Shown here: in pieces, positions 9,511-19,934 of the stretch | Position numbering within the stretch: position 1 is the stretch's first letter | Layout of the letters: each line of letters begins with the position of its first letter | IMG/VR virus record: IMGVR_UViG_3300021400_000552 | Coordinates: 51,676 to 115,675 of that record | Strand: one strand, 5' to 3' | DNA from: a virus | Taxonomy: Duplodnaviria > Caudoviricetes | Length of the DNA: 64,000 bases | Program-made: the position numbers and the translations under genes | Notes under the pieces: generated by a model | The model's database searches: none | Seen by the model: only the letters and a program-made list of their open reading frames with translations | Told to the model about the DNA's origin: nothing

Positions 9511-12500
9511 TTGGCAATTCTTAATAGTTTAAGCGTAAATGGCTCAAGCAGGTTTTTAAATAAGGCTTGGTTCAACGACGTAAGTATTGGCGGCACACTA
9601 TCAACTGCCGCCATTACAGCCGCGTCATTAACAAGTACCGGGACATTAAATGTAACTGGTACATCTACATTGGGGACTGTAACTTCTGGCCAAATTACCT
9701 CATCTGGCAGAATTTATGGCACTGGTTTTGGTACTGATGGTACGATGATAATTAAGCCACAAAGTAATAATGAATTTAACTTTGGTGGTACGAATACATC
9801 GTCAACAATTTATTTTGGATATAGGGCGCTTGATAGCAAGCCAATACCTACTAAATTTGTCTTTGGTGGATCTGGTGGCAGTGCCAATCTAACCGCTGGC
9901 AGTGCAACACTATCTGGCACATTATCAGCGGCCACTGGCAATATCACCACTATTAACTCGTCTAATATTTACTCACAAAATGCATCTATTTCCGGCAGAT
10001 TGCGGGCTACGGAATATGATCTGCAAGTAGCGCAAAATACTGGCGGCGCATTAACAGTCGCCCCTACCCTACGTATTGACGATTCTATGACAGCTACAAC
10101 GCTCACGCGGGATAGCAGCAACAATATTACATTGCGGGTAACACATTCCAGTATTACTAAAGCAGATATTGGCGGCATTACATGGGCCACTGGCTGTAAG
10201 GTAAAAGTCAGCTTAGATGTAAATGGTAAACCGACTGGCACTATGGACGGCACAATTACAGCATTAAATACTAGCTCCCACTTTATTGAGGTGAAAGTTT
10301 CTGGTGGAGATGCTGCGAACTTAGATGTCGCGAATAAGAGTATTTCGCATTTAGCCATTATGGTGTACGAACTTGCCAATGGCAATCCAGTTGGAATACA
10401 AATTAATTGTTACGATGTTCGTAACTCATCTCCGGCCATTCGTATTTATGGTGGTACATCTACAACGCCGACAGCTATGCTTGGCAAACTTGATAGTAGC
10501 GCTAATAGCGGTGGCGCGGGATTGCCTCAGGTTAACGGATCTTATCCATCTGGTTGGGGCATGTATACATCAAATGGATATTTTACGGGTGTTATTGTCA
10601 GCGAATCTGGGAAAATTGGTGGTTGGACCATTGGAACTAATTCAATATACTCCGGCAATGCCACCCCAGGCGCGTCTGCATCAACTATGGTTGTCTCTAC
10701 AGGAACAGCGTCGACTAACAATATTGGCGGCGGCGGCACAACAAGTAAGACGTGGATGCTGTCGGCTGGAACTGGATTCGGCGTAACTACAGCCGGGGCG
10801 CTTTATTCTAACTCTGGTTATATTGCCGGATGGAAAATTGAATCGAATGATTTAGTAAATGGGACGTGGGGCTCAGATAATTCGGTTATGTTATGCACAG
10901 GGTCGGCCACAGCGAAATCCATTGGTGGATCAGAGTCAACAGTTAATGGATGGGTTATTACAGCAGGATCTAAGTTTGGTGTTACTAAAACTGGGGCGTT
11001 ATATGCTAATAGTGCTACAATTACTGGCGTTATTAAAGCAGACACTGGCCGTATTGGTGGTACTTCTGGTTGGACCATTGCGTCACAACAAATTAGTAAT
11101 GGGACGATCGGTGCTGATGACAGCATGTTCTTATCCACTAAGAATCTTGCTGGGACTGTTGCTGGGAAAGCACTCACTACAACCGCCCCATCTTGGCGCT
11201 TAACAGTCGGTAGTAATTTTGGTGTTACAAATACTGGTGTTGTTTATGCGAATAGCGCCCAAATTTCTGGTAATCTTTCCGCGACTAATGGCTTCACCGT
11301 TGCTCAGGATAATAAGACGTTGACCTCGATTACAACGAACGGGATGATTGTGTATGATGGAGTTGGTACAGCAGATAGTAATGTTGTAGCGAAATTTACC
11401 GGCAATGATACACAAATTGGGAAAGCTACCAGTCAACACACTATAATTAATACAGATGGACAATTTTTTTATGGACCAGATAAAGTTTTACTTGGACAGA
11501 TTGCAGCGGGCAATATCACTAAAGAACTAGTAACGTATACAAATGAGAAGATGTCTAATTTTGACATTTTACAATTTGATATAAGCGCTTCAAATACTGA
11601 GGTAACAAAAGTAAAATATCCGTTCATTGTGCCGTGTAATAAAAGAAATAAAATTTATTTACCATATAAATGTGATTATATTACAATTTCTTTATATAAC
11701 TATAGTGGGCAGACTGAATTAACTGATCAACGTATTAATGCTGGGGGTAGTGCAGATATTTCTTATCAAAGTTACATTTATCTTAACGAAGACGGTGACT
11801 ACATCAGTTTTAACAATTTAGAGGATGCAGGAAATTATGGTGGAGATGGTTATAGTTATTTGTTAACAGGTGATATAGGGATTATATATGATGGTATGCA
11901 GAATCCAGCAATTATGAATGTTCCATTTTTACATTCTGAGGCTAGAGCAGATGGTGATGAGTCAGATTATGTACTAAATAACATTCCACATCCATCGGTT
12001 TGTTTAAATGACAGTAATGGTGACGTATTAGCTTGGGAATATGGAATATCTGATGTAACTTATACAGCATCACGATATATTCAATTTACAACTCATGGAG
12101 TAACTTTTAAAATTGACGAACGTTTATATTCGGTTGAAACGACACTAAATAAAACAGAATGGGTGGCATATTGGATATCACAAGGGGGCGATGAGAATGA
12201 TATACCTTATCCCGCCAGTTTTAAACTATATTATGTTCCAGTTAGTTGTTTGTATTTTACAGGAACAATTCAAGCATATGAACATCAACCGTCTCCATTT
12301 ATAAGTTTTTCTTCTTATAGTAATACGACAAATTTTGGTAAATATTCTTTTGCAAACGGAGATCAGGTATATACTACTAATGATTATGCTGCTGTTTTTG
12401 GGGAATATAATGAAAATAGAAAAAACTCAATTTTTGAAATAGGTACTGGATCAGCAACAGCGCGAAGAAATGCTTTTACAATAGATAAATATGGTAGTGT

Positions 12501-13356
12501 TGAAATTTGTATGAATGAGTATGGATCTAATCAATTTTTAATAAAAAGACGTAGTGCTTTTGAGCCATATAATACGGATAATCTTGTTACCGTTGACCCA
12601 GAAGATGGCACTGTGGATATATTTGGGGAACTGAATGTAGGTGGATTAACTGTTAAAGGTATTGAAAATTCCATTGCTCTAACTGCAAATTGGGATGGTT
12701 GTTTACGAGCTTATGACTTAGTAGCTAAATCGAGGGCAACCTCGTATGATGAATATTCTTATCGTTACCATTATTCTATTAATGACAAAACTGGTCAAAT
12801 AGTTGGTGCTATTGGAAATCATACATATGTTAATGGTAGTCTTGGCTCTTTTTTAACTAGTCGAAGGCTAGTTAATAATAAAGAAAAAATAAACACGATT
12901 TCAGTTAATATTGATAATAACGGTGACGCATTTTATGGCGTTACCGATCCACGTGCTTTTTGTACGGCCTTAAATTTAGGACAAATATTGAGTCATGAGC
13001 CGGATGCTGTTTCTTGTGCTACTGGAAAATATATGCAAATAGCTTATTTAACATTAACACCTGGTACATGGTTAATAAATGGTTCTGGATATTTTCCATA
13101 TGTTAATACTACAGGTGTTCGTAGAATATATACAACTCTTGCGACCTCTGGTTATAATAATGTAACGACTGGGCCAGAATCGATGGGTAATCAATTATAT
13201 GACCAAGAACCTGTAACTGGCTCCTATGTAACATTTTTACATATTAGTAAACCTATTACAGTTACTTCTAATACAACCATTCGTTTAATTGGTTGGCAAA
13301 ATAGTGGTAGTGCTATATCAGTTGTAGGTCGTTTATATGCCGCACGATTGGCTTAA
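9511..13356 (+). CDS. Large tail/baseplate-associated protein
   Basis: 1281 aa with repeated G.IGGWTI and FGVT.TG.LYA beta-repeat units; AAGGAAGG RBS and TTG start. Confidence 0.7.
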   Translation: MAILNSLSVNGSSRFLNKAWFNDVSIGGTLSTAAITAASLTSTGTLNVTGTSTLGTVTSGQITSSGRIYGTGFGTDGTMIIKPQSNNEFNFGGTNTSSTIYFGYRALDSKPIPTKFVFGGSGGSANLTAGSATLSGTLSAATGNITTINSSNIYSQNASISGRLRATEYDLQVAQNTGGALTVAPTLRIDDSMTATTLTRDSSNNITLRVTHSSITKADIGGITWATGCKVKVSLDVNGKPTGTMDGTITALNTSSHFIEVKVSGGDAANLDVANKSISHLAIMVYELANGNPVGIQINCYDVRNSSPAIRIYGGTSTTPTAMLGKLDSSANSGGAGLPQVNGSYPSGWGMYTSNGYFTGVIVSESGKIGGWTIGTNSIYSGNATPGASASTMVVSTGTASTNNIGGGGTTSKTWMLSAGTGFGVTTAGALYSNSGYIAGWKIESNDLVNGTWGSDNSVMLCTGSATAKSIGGSESTVNGWVITAGSKFGVTKTGALYANSATITGVIKADTGRIGGTSGWTIASQQISNGTIGADDSMFLSTKNLAGTVAGKALTTTAPSWRLTVGSNFGVTNTGVVYANSAQISGNLSATNGFTVAQDNKTLTSITTNGMIVYDGVGTADSNVVAKFTGNDTQIGKATSQHTIINTDGQFFYGPDKVLLGQIAAGNITKELVTYTNEKMSNFDILQFDISASNTEVTKVKYPFIVPCNKRNKIYLPYKCDYITISLYNYSGQTELTDQRINAGGSADISYQSYIYLNEDGDYISFNNLEDAGNYGGDGYSYLLTGDIGIIYDGMQNPAIMNVPFLHSEARADGDESDYVLNNIPHPSVCLNDSNGDVLAWEYGISDVTYTASRYIQFTTHGVTFKIDERLYSVETTLNKTEWVAYWISQGGDENDIPYPASFKLYYVPVSCLYFTGTIQAYEHQPSPFISFSSYSNTTNFGKYSFANGDQVYTTNDYAAVFGEYNENRKNSIFEIGTGSATARRNAFTIDKYGSVEICMNEYGSNQFLIKRRSAFEPYNTDNLVTVDPEDGTVDIFGELNVGGLTVKGIENSIALTANWDGCLRAYDLVAKSRATSYDEYSYRYHYSINDKTGQIVGAIGNHTYVNGSLGSFLTSRRLVNNKEKINTISVNIDNNGDAFYGVTDPRAFCTALNLGQILSHEPDAVSCATGKYMQIAYLTLTPGTWLINGSGYFPYVNTTGVRRIYTTLATSGYNNVTTGPESMGNQLYDQEPVTGSYVTFLHISKPITVTSNTTIRLIGWQNSGSAISVVGRLYAARLA

Positions 13357-13441
13357 ATTCGATAAATTTAACTCAGGCGTCACCAACGCGATGGCGCTTT
13401 TTTTATTTTAAATTCAATCATACTAATAGGAGGAATAACTT

Positions 13442-13744
13442 ATGAACTTTGGAACAAAACTGAGAACAGTATTAGTAATTGCAACTTCACTCAATACTGC
13501 CGTAATGGCGACCGATCTCACTGATTTCGCCAACCCTACTCTCGATTCCATCTACAAAATTGTCTCCATTGTTCTCAACTTTATCATCGTGGCAATTGCT
13601 GCTTACTTCAACAATGATTTCTCTGAAGAAGCATGTAAGCATACTGGCGCAATGAGACTTGAAAAACAACAGGCAAAAGGTATCTTTGACGGTGAAAATT
13701 TCACCGATGAAGGCGCGCCTATTGACGAGGAGGATGATGAGTAA
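13442..13744 (+). CDS. Holin (SPP1-like)
   Basis: GT.LRT N-terminus, two hydrophobic segments, YFNNDFS and an acidic tail, directly upstream of the endolysin. Confidence 0.7.
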   Translation: MNFGTKLRTVLVIATSLNTAVMATDLTDFANPTLDSIYKIVSIVLNFIIVAIAAYFNNDFSEEACKHTGAMRLEKQQAKGIFDGENFTDEGAPIDEEDDE

Positions 13745-16011
13745 TGGGATATATTACATATGAACAAGCCGATTCTCGTTGGGGAAGAAAAAATTATAAT
13801 GGCTCTTCCTCAATGGCTACGGCTGGCTGTGGGCCAACATCAGTTGCAATGCTTGCATATGCCGTGGATGGCAAAACGACCCCGTGGGATGTTGCTAGAT
13901 ATATGCAAAAACACGGTTATGCGATACGTAATAATGGTACTGCATGGGCAGGCATTCCAGCAGCAATGAAAGCGTTCGGATTAACTGATGTTAAGAACGT
14001 AGCCAAAATGGAAGACGTTTGGAAATATATGAGTAATGGGTATTGCGCTGTGTTTCTGTTTCGTGGCGGCAGCCGAGGCGGGGTGACTTGGACTTCGTCG
14101 GGCCATTATGTGGCTGTTACAGATTATAAAGCAAAAAACGGAAAGCATTATTTATTTACTCGCGATTCAGGCGGAAGGAATCATACGGGCTGGTATGCAT
14201 ATGAAACAACTATGCGTGGATTAATCCCGCAAATTTGGGTTGGCAAAGTACCAGAAGGGAAATCCAAACCTAAACCTCCGGCACCAGCGCCAAAACCCGC
14301 CATAGCCAAACCAACTAGCGTGCCAACATTACCATCTCGCGGATATTTTAAGAGAGGAGACGTGGGATCTGGAGTTGCTCATTTACAAAAGATTTTATTG
14401 TATCTTAAATTTAGTGTTGGCGATGCCGGAGCTGATGGCGATTATGGTGGAGGCACAGCCAGTGCTGTAATAGCTTTTCAGAGGAAATATGGACTAAGTG
14501 TTGATGGTGAATGGGGTAAGCAATGTAACGATAAAGCTAGTGAATTACTTGGAATTAAAAAAAAGACTCCTACCCCAACTAAAACAACTCCAAAATGTAT
14601 AGATGTTTCTGATCATCAAGGAAAAATTAATTGGAAAAAAGTAAAAGCTTCGGGTATTAATTATGCTATTATTCGCGCAGGATATGGAAATAATAATATA
14701 GATTCACGTTTTGTTGAAAATATCAAAGGTGCGATTGCTGCAGGAGTCAAAGTTGGTGTTTATTGGTTCAGTTATGCTTATACTATCGCAATGGCGACTA
14801 ATGAAGCACGCTGTGTGGTCAAGGCGATCCAACCGTATAGAACGCATATTGAACTTGGCGTGTGGTTTGACTATGAATATGATAGCGATAATTATGCTAA
14901 AAAGAAGACTGGCGCAAAACCATCTGCTTCTTTATTAACAAATATGCACAAGGCTTTTTGTGATACGGTAAGGGCATCTGGATATAAGGCTGGGTTTTAT
15001 TATAATTATGATTATAAAAAGAACCGTTTAAATATGGACGCCCTTAGAGGATATTATCATTGGTATGCACTCTATACGAATGAAAAGCAAACAAATATTG
15101 GCATGCAGCAATATTCAAGTGACGGAAAAGTCTCTGGCATCTCCGGCAATGTTGACATGAACTGGATTATAAACGACTCTTTTATGGGTGTGCCAAAAGA
15201 TTTATCAAAGGTGACAAAATCGGACACTCCATCTAAACCTGTAGCAACAGCGAAGCCGATTGCAACGACGGCAAAAGCTTATACGGGTAAGTTGCCAAGT
15301 CTGTCCAATCTTGCACCGGACATTATTGCTCAAAAGGCAAGAGAGCTTGCTTGGCCATATGGCACGAAAGCTAGTAAATATAAATATCCTTCGGGATCTC
15401 CGACGGCGGCTTTTAAAATGGCTCTTAACAAAGCATATCCAAATCGTAGTGCGTGGAGTGATCGCCCGAAGAAGGGAGCGTCTTGCGATGTATTTGTCGG
15501 GACTGTTGTTCGCGTGTCTGGTCATGACACGTCATTCCCTCGCGGGCTATCCGATGTTCCAGGGCATGTTAAGAAAAAGCCAAATGCGTGGGAGGTGATT
15601 AGTCGCCCAAAGAAGAGCGAATTGAAGGCTGGCGATATTGTCATGTGGGAAACGTCATCTGCCGGACATATTTTTGTTTATACTGGCAATTTGCACGAGG
15701 CTGAAGCAAATCATAATGGTAGAAAATATGGGCATATTTCTAAATTATACATTCCATCAAGGCCAAAGTATTATATGGCTTTTAGACCAATTGGCGGTAG
15801 AGAGTATCTTAAAAAAGGAGACGAATCCGTGCAAGTTGGTTATATGCAGAATTTCTTAAATTGGTGTCTTAAGATTTCGCTGAAACCAGATAATGATTTT
15901 GGGCAAAAGACTGAAGATGCAGTAATAGATTATCAAAAGAAATATGGCTTAATGCCGGATGGTATATTTGGCATAGAGTGTCTTGAAAAAGCAAAGACTA
16001 TCAAAATTTAA
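13744..16011 (+). CDS. Multidomain endolysin: C39-like peptidase, PG-binding, GH25 muramidase, NlpC/P60-like, PG-binding
   Basis: Q.D.RW..AGCGPTS..GHY; FQRKYGLSVDG; IDVSDHQGKINW..IRAGYG..FDYE..QYSSDG..VDMN; SCDVFV..GDIV..GHI; YQKKYGLMPDG. Confidence 0.85.
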   Translation: MGYITYEQADSRWGRKNYNGSSSMATAGCGPTSVAMLAYAVDGKTTPWDVARYMQKHGYAIRNNGTAWAGIPAAMKAFGLTDVKNVAKMEDVWKYMSNGYCAVFLFRGGSRGGVTWTSSGHYVAVTDYKAKNGKHYLFTRDSGGRNHTGWYAYETTMRGLIPQIWVGKVPEGKSKPKPPAPAPKPAIAKPTSVPTLPSRGYFKRGDVGSGVAHLQKILLYLKFSVGDAGADGDYGGGTASAVIAFQRKYGLSVDGEWGKQCNDKASELLGIKKKTPTPTKTTPKCIDVSDHQGKINWKKVKASGINYAIIRAGYGNNNIDSRFVENIKGAIAAGVKVGVYWFSYAYTIAMATNEARCVVKAIQPYRTHIELGVWFDYEYDSDNYAKKKTGAKPSASLLTNMHKAFCDTVRASGYKAGFYYNYDYKKNRLNMDALRGYYHWYALYTNEKQTNIGMQQYSSDGKVSGISGNVDMNWIINDSFMGVPKDLSKVTKSDTPSKPVATAKPIATTAKAYTGKLPSLSNLAPDIIAQKARELAWPYGTKASKYKYPSGSPTAAFKMALNKAYPNRSAWSDRPKKGASCDVFVGTVVRVSGHDTSFPRGLSDVPGHVKKKPNAWEVISRPKKSELKAGDIVMWETSSAGHIFVYTGNLHEAEANHNGRKYGHISKLYIPSRPKYYMAFRPIGGREYLKKGDESVQVGYMQNFLNWCLKISLKPDNDFGQKTEDAVIDYQKKYGLMPDGIFGIECLEKAKTIKI

Positions 16012-16018
16012 TTTATAT

Positions 16019-16051
16019 AGGGTGGCCACTTATGGCCACCCTTATTTTTTT
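16019..16051. terminator. Terminator between the convergent endolysin and integrase genes
   Basis: Perfect 10 bp stem AGGGTGGCCA-ctta-TGGCCACCCT with a T-run. Confidence 0.75.
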
Positions 16052-16056
16052 ACATT

Positions 16057-17220
16057 TTAAATTTGCGGTAAATTTACTGCTTGTGTTTTAAGTTTGTTAG
16101 AAATGGTAACATACGTGTTAAGCGTAACATTGATGCTACTGTGTCCCAATAATTCAGATATTATTTTTGGTTCTAAACCTTGTTCAAAAAGCGATGTTGC
16201 AAAAGTGTGTCGCAAACAATGCGCGCCCACACCCTTCATGTCTTCCGTGATATCTGCAGCTTTACAGATTCTATTAAATGTTTTTGTTAACTCTAATGGT
16301 GGCAATATTGTATTGCGTGTGGTTGTTATAATTAGCTTCGTATTATCAAACATGTGTGACATAATAGATAACATTTGAAAAGCTGTGTCATTGAGTGGTA
16401 CATAACGTCCAGAATTCCACTTTGTTTCATTATCTCTGATTACAACCTTGTATTTCCCGTCTATTTTAATTGATGCGGCGCTATTTCTGACTCTGATATA
16501 TTTTTCCTCGATATTAACATCTTCATAGCTTAGAGCGCACATTTCAGACTCTCTGAGCCCTGTTTGCATCATGAATACCAGGGCTGGTCCATAACGATAT
16601 ACATATGAGCCATTTTTATATTTCCGCAAGGCTTCGTCTGTAAATCTTTTACGCTCATTGTTATACATGTCGTTTCGTAAATAACGTGGTTCAGCTGGTT
16701 TAGTTTGAAATTTGTTTTGCGCTATCATGTTTACTGCCAGCATTGGATTTTCATTTGGCAATATATCTGCGCGTGCGATGGCGTATTTGTAGCATGCCGT
16801 GAAAGCATCGTATATTTTCTTAACTGATGAATACGACAAACCATTGTTTTGGGCGTCTGCGAGTCTTTGCTGAATTAGGTCGCTGGTTAAATTTTTAAAT
16901 TGCGTCTTTGTATAAAATGGTTTGATGTGCGTATTAATTGTACTTTCTAATCTTCGAAAACTCGTTTCGCTGATTGATATTTGCTTGTATTTTAGGAATT
17001 GATCAAAATAGTCGGGCACTTTAATGTTAGATGTAACGAGATTTCCGCCGCCTTTTTCTCGTTGAAATTCTTCTTGTAGCGATTTTAATACTCTTTTTGC
17101 TTCTGCTTTGTTATTTGTTTTGCGACTTTTGTCGCGTCCATTTTGCCTAAGACGCACTAAGTAACCGCCGTTTTCTAGCGGTGTAATACTTCCAGATCCC
17201 TTTTTTCTGCGTTGTGCCAT
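16057..17220 (-). CDS. int: Tyrosine integrase
   Basis: RRKKGSGSI arm-binding N-terminus; TGLRESE, HCLRHTFAT and LLGHSSINVTLNTY catalytic motifs. Confidence 0.92.
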   Translation of the reverse strand: MAQRRKKGSGSITPLENGGYLVRLRQNGRDKSRKTNNKAEAKRVLKSLQEEFQREKGGGNLVTSNIKVPDYFDQFLKYKQISISETSFRRLESTINTHIKPFYTKTQFKNLTSDLIQQRLADAQNNGLSYSSVKKIYDAFTACYKYAIARADILPNENPMLAVNMIAQNKFQTKPAEPRYLRNDMYNNERKRFTDEALRKYKNGSYVYRYGPALVFMMQTGLRESEMCALSYEDVNIEEKYIRVRNSAASIKIDGKYKVVIRDNETKWNSGRYVPLNDTAFQMLSIMSHMFDNTKLIITTTRNTILPPLELTKTFNRICKAADITEDMKGVGAHCLRHTFATSLFEQGLEPKIISELLGHSSINVTLNTYVTISNKLKTQAVNLPQI

Positions 17221-17274
17221 GTGATATTTACCTCCAAATGCATTATGTATTATATCACATGTATCTTTGAGTCA

Positions 17275-17307
17275 ACACCCCTATGACACCCCTATCCACA
17301 CCCCTAT
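17275..17307. repeat. Three direct repeats ACACCCCTAT (candidate integrase arm-type sites)
   Basis: Copies at 17275, 17286 and 17298, between int and the tRNA fragment. TTGACGTAT occurs twice (17541, 17552) on the far side. Confidence 0.6.
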
Positions 17308-17431
17308 TGTTGTGCTACGCGAACGTTTAATTTCCAATGTTTCCCATTTTATATATAATGTGTCATTTGGGGACGATATATAAAAATAACCCCGAACTAT
17401 TGATTTTTCAACGTTCGGGGCTTGTTTCTTG

Positions 17432-17480
17432 TGGAGGCGACACCCGGATTTGAACCGGGGAATAAAGGTTTTGCAGACCT
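17432..17480 (-). mobile_element. attP core: 3' part of tRNA-Cys(GCA)
   Basis: Minus strand AGGTCTGCAAAACCT...GGTTCAAATCC...GTCGCCTCCA runs from the anticodon arm to CCA. The 5' acceptor strand and D-arm are absent. It lies about 200 bp from the integrase. Confidence 0.8.
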
Positions 17481-17602
17481 AGTGGCTACAATGCTATAGC
17501 CTAGTGTTTGCAATATTTGAGTCGCTTAACACGTCTTTTGTTGACGTATTATTGACGTATGTGTTTGGTGAAAACTCGCCTCTCTTCCCAAACGCCTTAT
17601 GT

Positions 17603-17632
17603 AGTATACACTTTACTGCCATCTATTGTCAA
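17603..17632 (-). promoter_or_regulatory. Sigma70/SigA-like promoter facing attP and int
   Basis: Minus strand TTGACA-18 nt-TATACT. Confidence 0.5.
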
Positions 17633-17639
17633 CCCTGTT

Positions 17640-17951
17640 TTATTCGATCTCCAATTTCTTTTTAAATTCTTTTGATTTACCAATCATTTGCGCCATACAC
17701 ATTGTCCAATATTTTACATCTTCCGCTGCCTTTTGGACATCTTCTAAATATTTATCAAGCGATTCTGCCTTACTAAGTCTCGCCTCGCGTGCCATAAGCG
17801 CGCGTAAAAGATTATCGATATGGGTATAATACCCTATGTAATCCAATACTGGTTCACCATCTTTATCTTTTCTACCAGTATCTTGTGCGAGAGTATACTG
17901 ACGAGAATCTGATGAAATAATATACTCACCATTACATACTTTCACTTTCAA
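17640..17951 (-). CDS. Hypothetical phage protein
   Basis: 103 aa with a Y.I.SD..QY.L...GYY pattern. Confidence 0.5.
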   Translation of the reverse strand: MKVKVCNGEYIISSDSRQYTLAQDTGRKDKDGEPVLDYIGYYTHIDNLLRALMAREARLSKAESLDKYLEDVQKAAEDVKYWTMCMAQMIGKSKEFKKKLEIE

Positions 17952-18459
17952 TTTGATCGTACCTCCATTTTAATATACCAGATTTTAAGTTCGCAATAAT
18001 AAAATCTACATCTACCTGTCTAAGACCTGGACCATTACGTAAACTATTTTGATCTTGCGTACAAAACCAATAATTACCTAAGTGATGTTTTTCCCAGTTA
18101 AAATCTTCATCATCTAATATTAAGATCCTATTAATATCACGGCGATTTTTTAAGTAAGCAATCACTTCTTTGGCACGCAGATACCACTCATAAGACGGCG
18201 TTTCATCTGATATCTTTAAATCATATTCTTCAAGCTTCTTTTCTAAATACCGTCCAAGCTCTGTAATTTTTTCCTTATTGCCACTCATCCATTCAGAGCG
18301 CCAAGTTGATGTTAACACCAACTCAGCACTCATTGCATTGACTAGTTGTTTTAAGAGAGCCACCTTTTGACTTTCAATGCCTCGACATCCACAAATTGTA
18401 TCCGTTGTTTCGTCACTATTTAATACGCCGTCAATATCTAAAAATATGATTGTTCTCAT
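17932..18459 (-). CDS. HAD-family phosphatase (Swiss-army-knife RNA-repair type)
   Basis: IFLDIDGVLN, LTSTWR and ILDD motifs. Confidence 0.75.
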   Translation of the reverse strand: MRTIIFLDIDGVLNSDETTDTICGCRGIESQKVALLKQLVNAMSAELVLTSTWRSEWMSGNKEKITELGRYLEKKLEEYDLKISDETPSYEWYLRAKEVIAYLKNRRDINRILILDDEDFNWEKHHLGNYWFCTQDQNSLRNGPGLRQVDVDFIIANLKSGILKWRYDQIESESM

Positions 18460-18869
18460 GGCAGCATCCTTTGTAAGTCGTGTAGATCGCGTTTTTCTTT
18501 TTTATGATTTGACATTTCGTCGGTATCCCAACAGTATGTACGCAGTTGACGATGAAAGGAATTTCCTAAAAATCTTTTTGCAATACAATATAAGATGCCT
18601 TTTTCTGGATCATATTCTTCGCCCTGGACGCACTTAACTACGGTTTTTGTGCCATCTTGCCAAAAGACTATGGTCGCTGGATCATGATAAATTACTTTCT
18701 TAATTTCATTTGGTTTGCCTATATTAAATGTTGCCAATAAATAGCGTTCTTTGCTTGCAGAATCGTATCCCCAGATTTTTGTATTATTTTCCACTACTAC
18801 CAAGCGCCCCCTCTCCGCGTTCTGTATGCGCATATTTTTCCGCAAACTCAATCTTGCTAATTTGTTCAA
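18456..18869 (-). CDS. Conserved phage hypothetical protein (start uncertain)
   Basis: KKVIYHDPATIVFWQDGTKTVVKC..YDPEKG motif; the N-terminal part overlaps dut. Confidence 0.5.
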   Translation of the reverse strand: MNKLARLSLRKNMRIQNAERGRLVVVENNTKIWGYDSASKERYLLATFNIGKPNEIKKVIYHDPATIVFWQDGTKTVVKCVQGEEYDPEKGILYCIAKRFLGNSFHRQLRTYCWDTDEMSNHKKEKRDLHDLQRMLP

Positions 18870-19494
18870 TACTTAATTTCGGTACTGGCAAGAACAATGC
18901 CTGGCAAATCGCTTTTTCATAAGGATAAATTCTAATGCTTTCAGCTTCATGTCGCGCCTTAAATTCATCTATCCACACGTCTTTAACGATTGCAATGGTA
19001 TAATCATTGTGATTTGTTATCGGGACAAACCATTCGCCACGATAACTTGCATCGATGATACCAGCACGCTGCCCAAGACCACGAGTCCCGGTAGAACCAC
19101 GCTCTTTAAGTACGGCGACGTAATCATTAGCGAATGCGCTTGCAATACCAGTCGGAATCATCGTTGTTTGATGTGGTCTTATAATAAGCCAATTGTCTTC
19201 AAATGATGCGTAAATATCATACCCAGCATCCCCATCTTTTTTACATGGTAGTTTCGCCTCATTGTTTAGTAACTTAAATTTTATGGTTTTGCGATCAATT
19301 TTGTCCCTTGCATATACGATGCAGATAACGGCCCATAATACGATAACAATTACATCACAAACCATACACAGTAAATTTTTGTCTTCAACGGCCTTATCAA
19401 AAATGCCGAGCCAAATAATGAATAAAAAGCAAAAGATTACAGTATAATTCCACACTATCTCTCTTTTAATTGAGTTTTTTTTCTTTGTCATCAT
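18784..19494 (-). CDS. dut: Trimeric dUTPase with N-terminal hydrophobic extension
   Basis: DAGYDI, PTGI, RGS, GIIDASYRGE, Q and RGEGALGSSG motifs. Confidence 0.85.
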   Translation of the reverse strand: MMTKKKNSIKREIVWNYTVIFCFLFIIWLGIFDKAVEDKNLLCMVCDVIVIVLWAVICIVYARDKIDRKTIKFKLLNNEAKLPCKKDGDAGYDIYASFEDNWLIIRPHQTTMIPTGIASAFANDYVAVLKERGSTGTRGLGQRAGIIDASYRGEWFVPITNHNDYTIAIVKDVWIDEFKARHEAESIRIYPYEKAICQALFLPVPKLSIEQISKIEFAEKYAHTERGEGALGSSGK

Positions 19495-19934
19495 ATATTT
19501 TCCTCTCGATATTTTTTATCATTAGCATCGTATAACATGTCGCCATTATTTAATCTGTATATCCCATTTCCGTTTGTGGAATCTATTTTTAACGATTTTA
19601 TTTCAGCAAGATGATTAAGATATTGGCGAACCTCCTCTAATTCGGCACGTGATGCGTTACGCATTAATTTTTCAATTTTTAGTAGTAATTTTTCTCTCAT
19701 TTTTTATTCCATCCGCTTTGCAACTTCCATTAATGTTTCTAGGACAAGGAGTTTGCCATTTCTGTTTAATTCTTTTTCCTCACACCACTTTTTAAAATGG
19801 TTATCCCAGTTAATTGATTCATCCTCTTGTTTGTAGCGACGTTCCGTTCCAATGATGTATCCAAATGCCCACATCGCTATCATCATAATGGCTGCTATCA
19901 CCACATATAAAAATACTTGACCCATTTATATAAC

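Noticed and set aside
17432-17510. Complete tRNA-Cys gene
   Set aside because: The 5' acceptor strand and D-arm are missing, so it is treated as attP.
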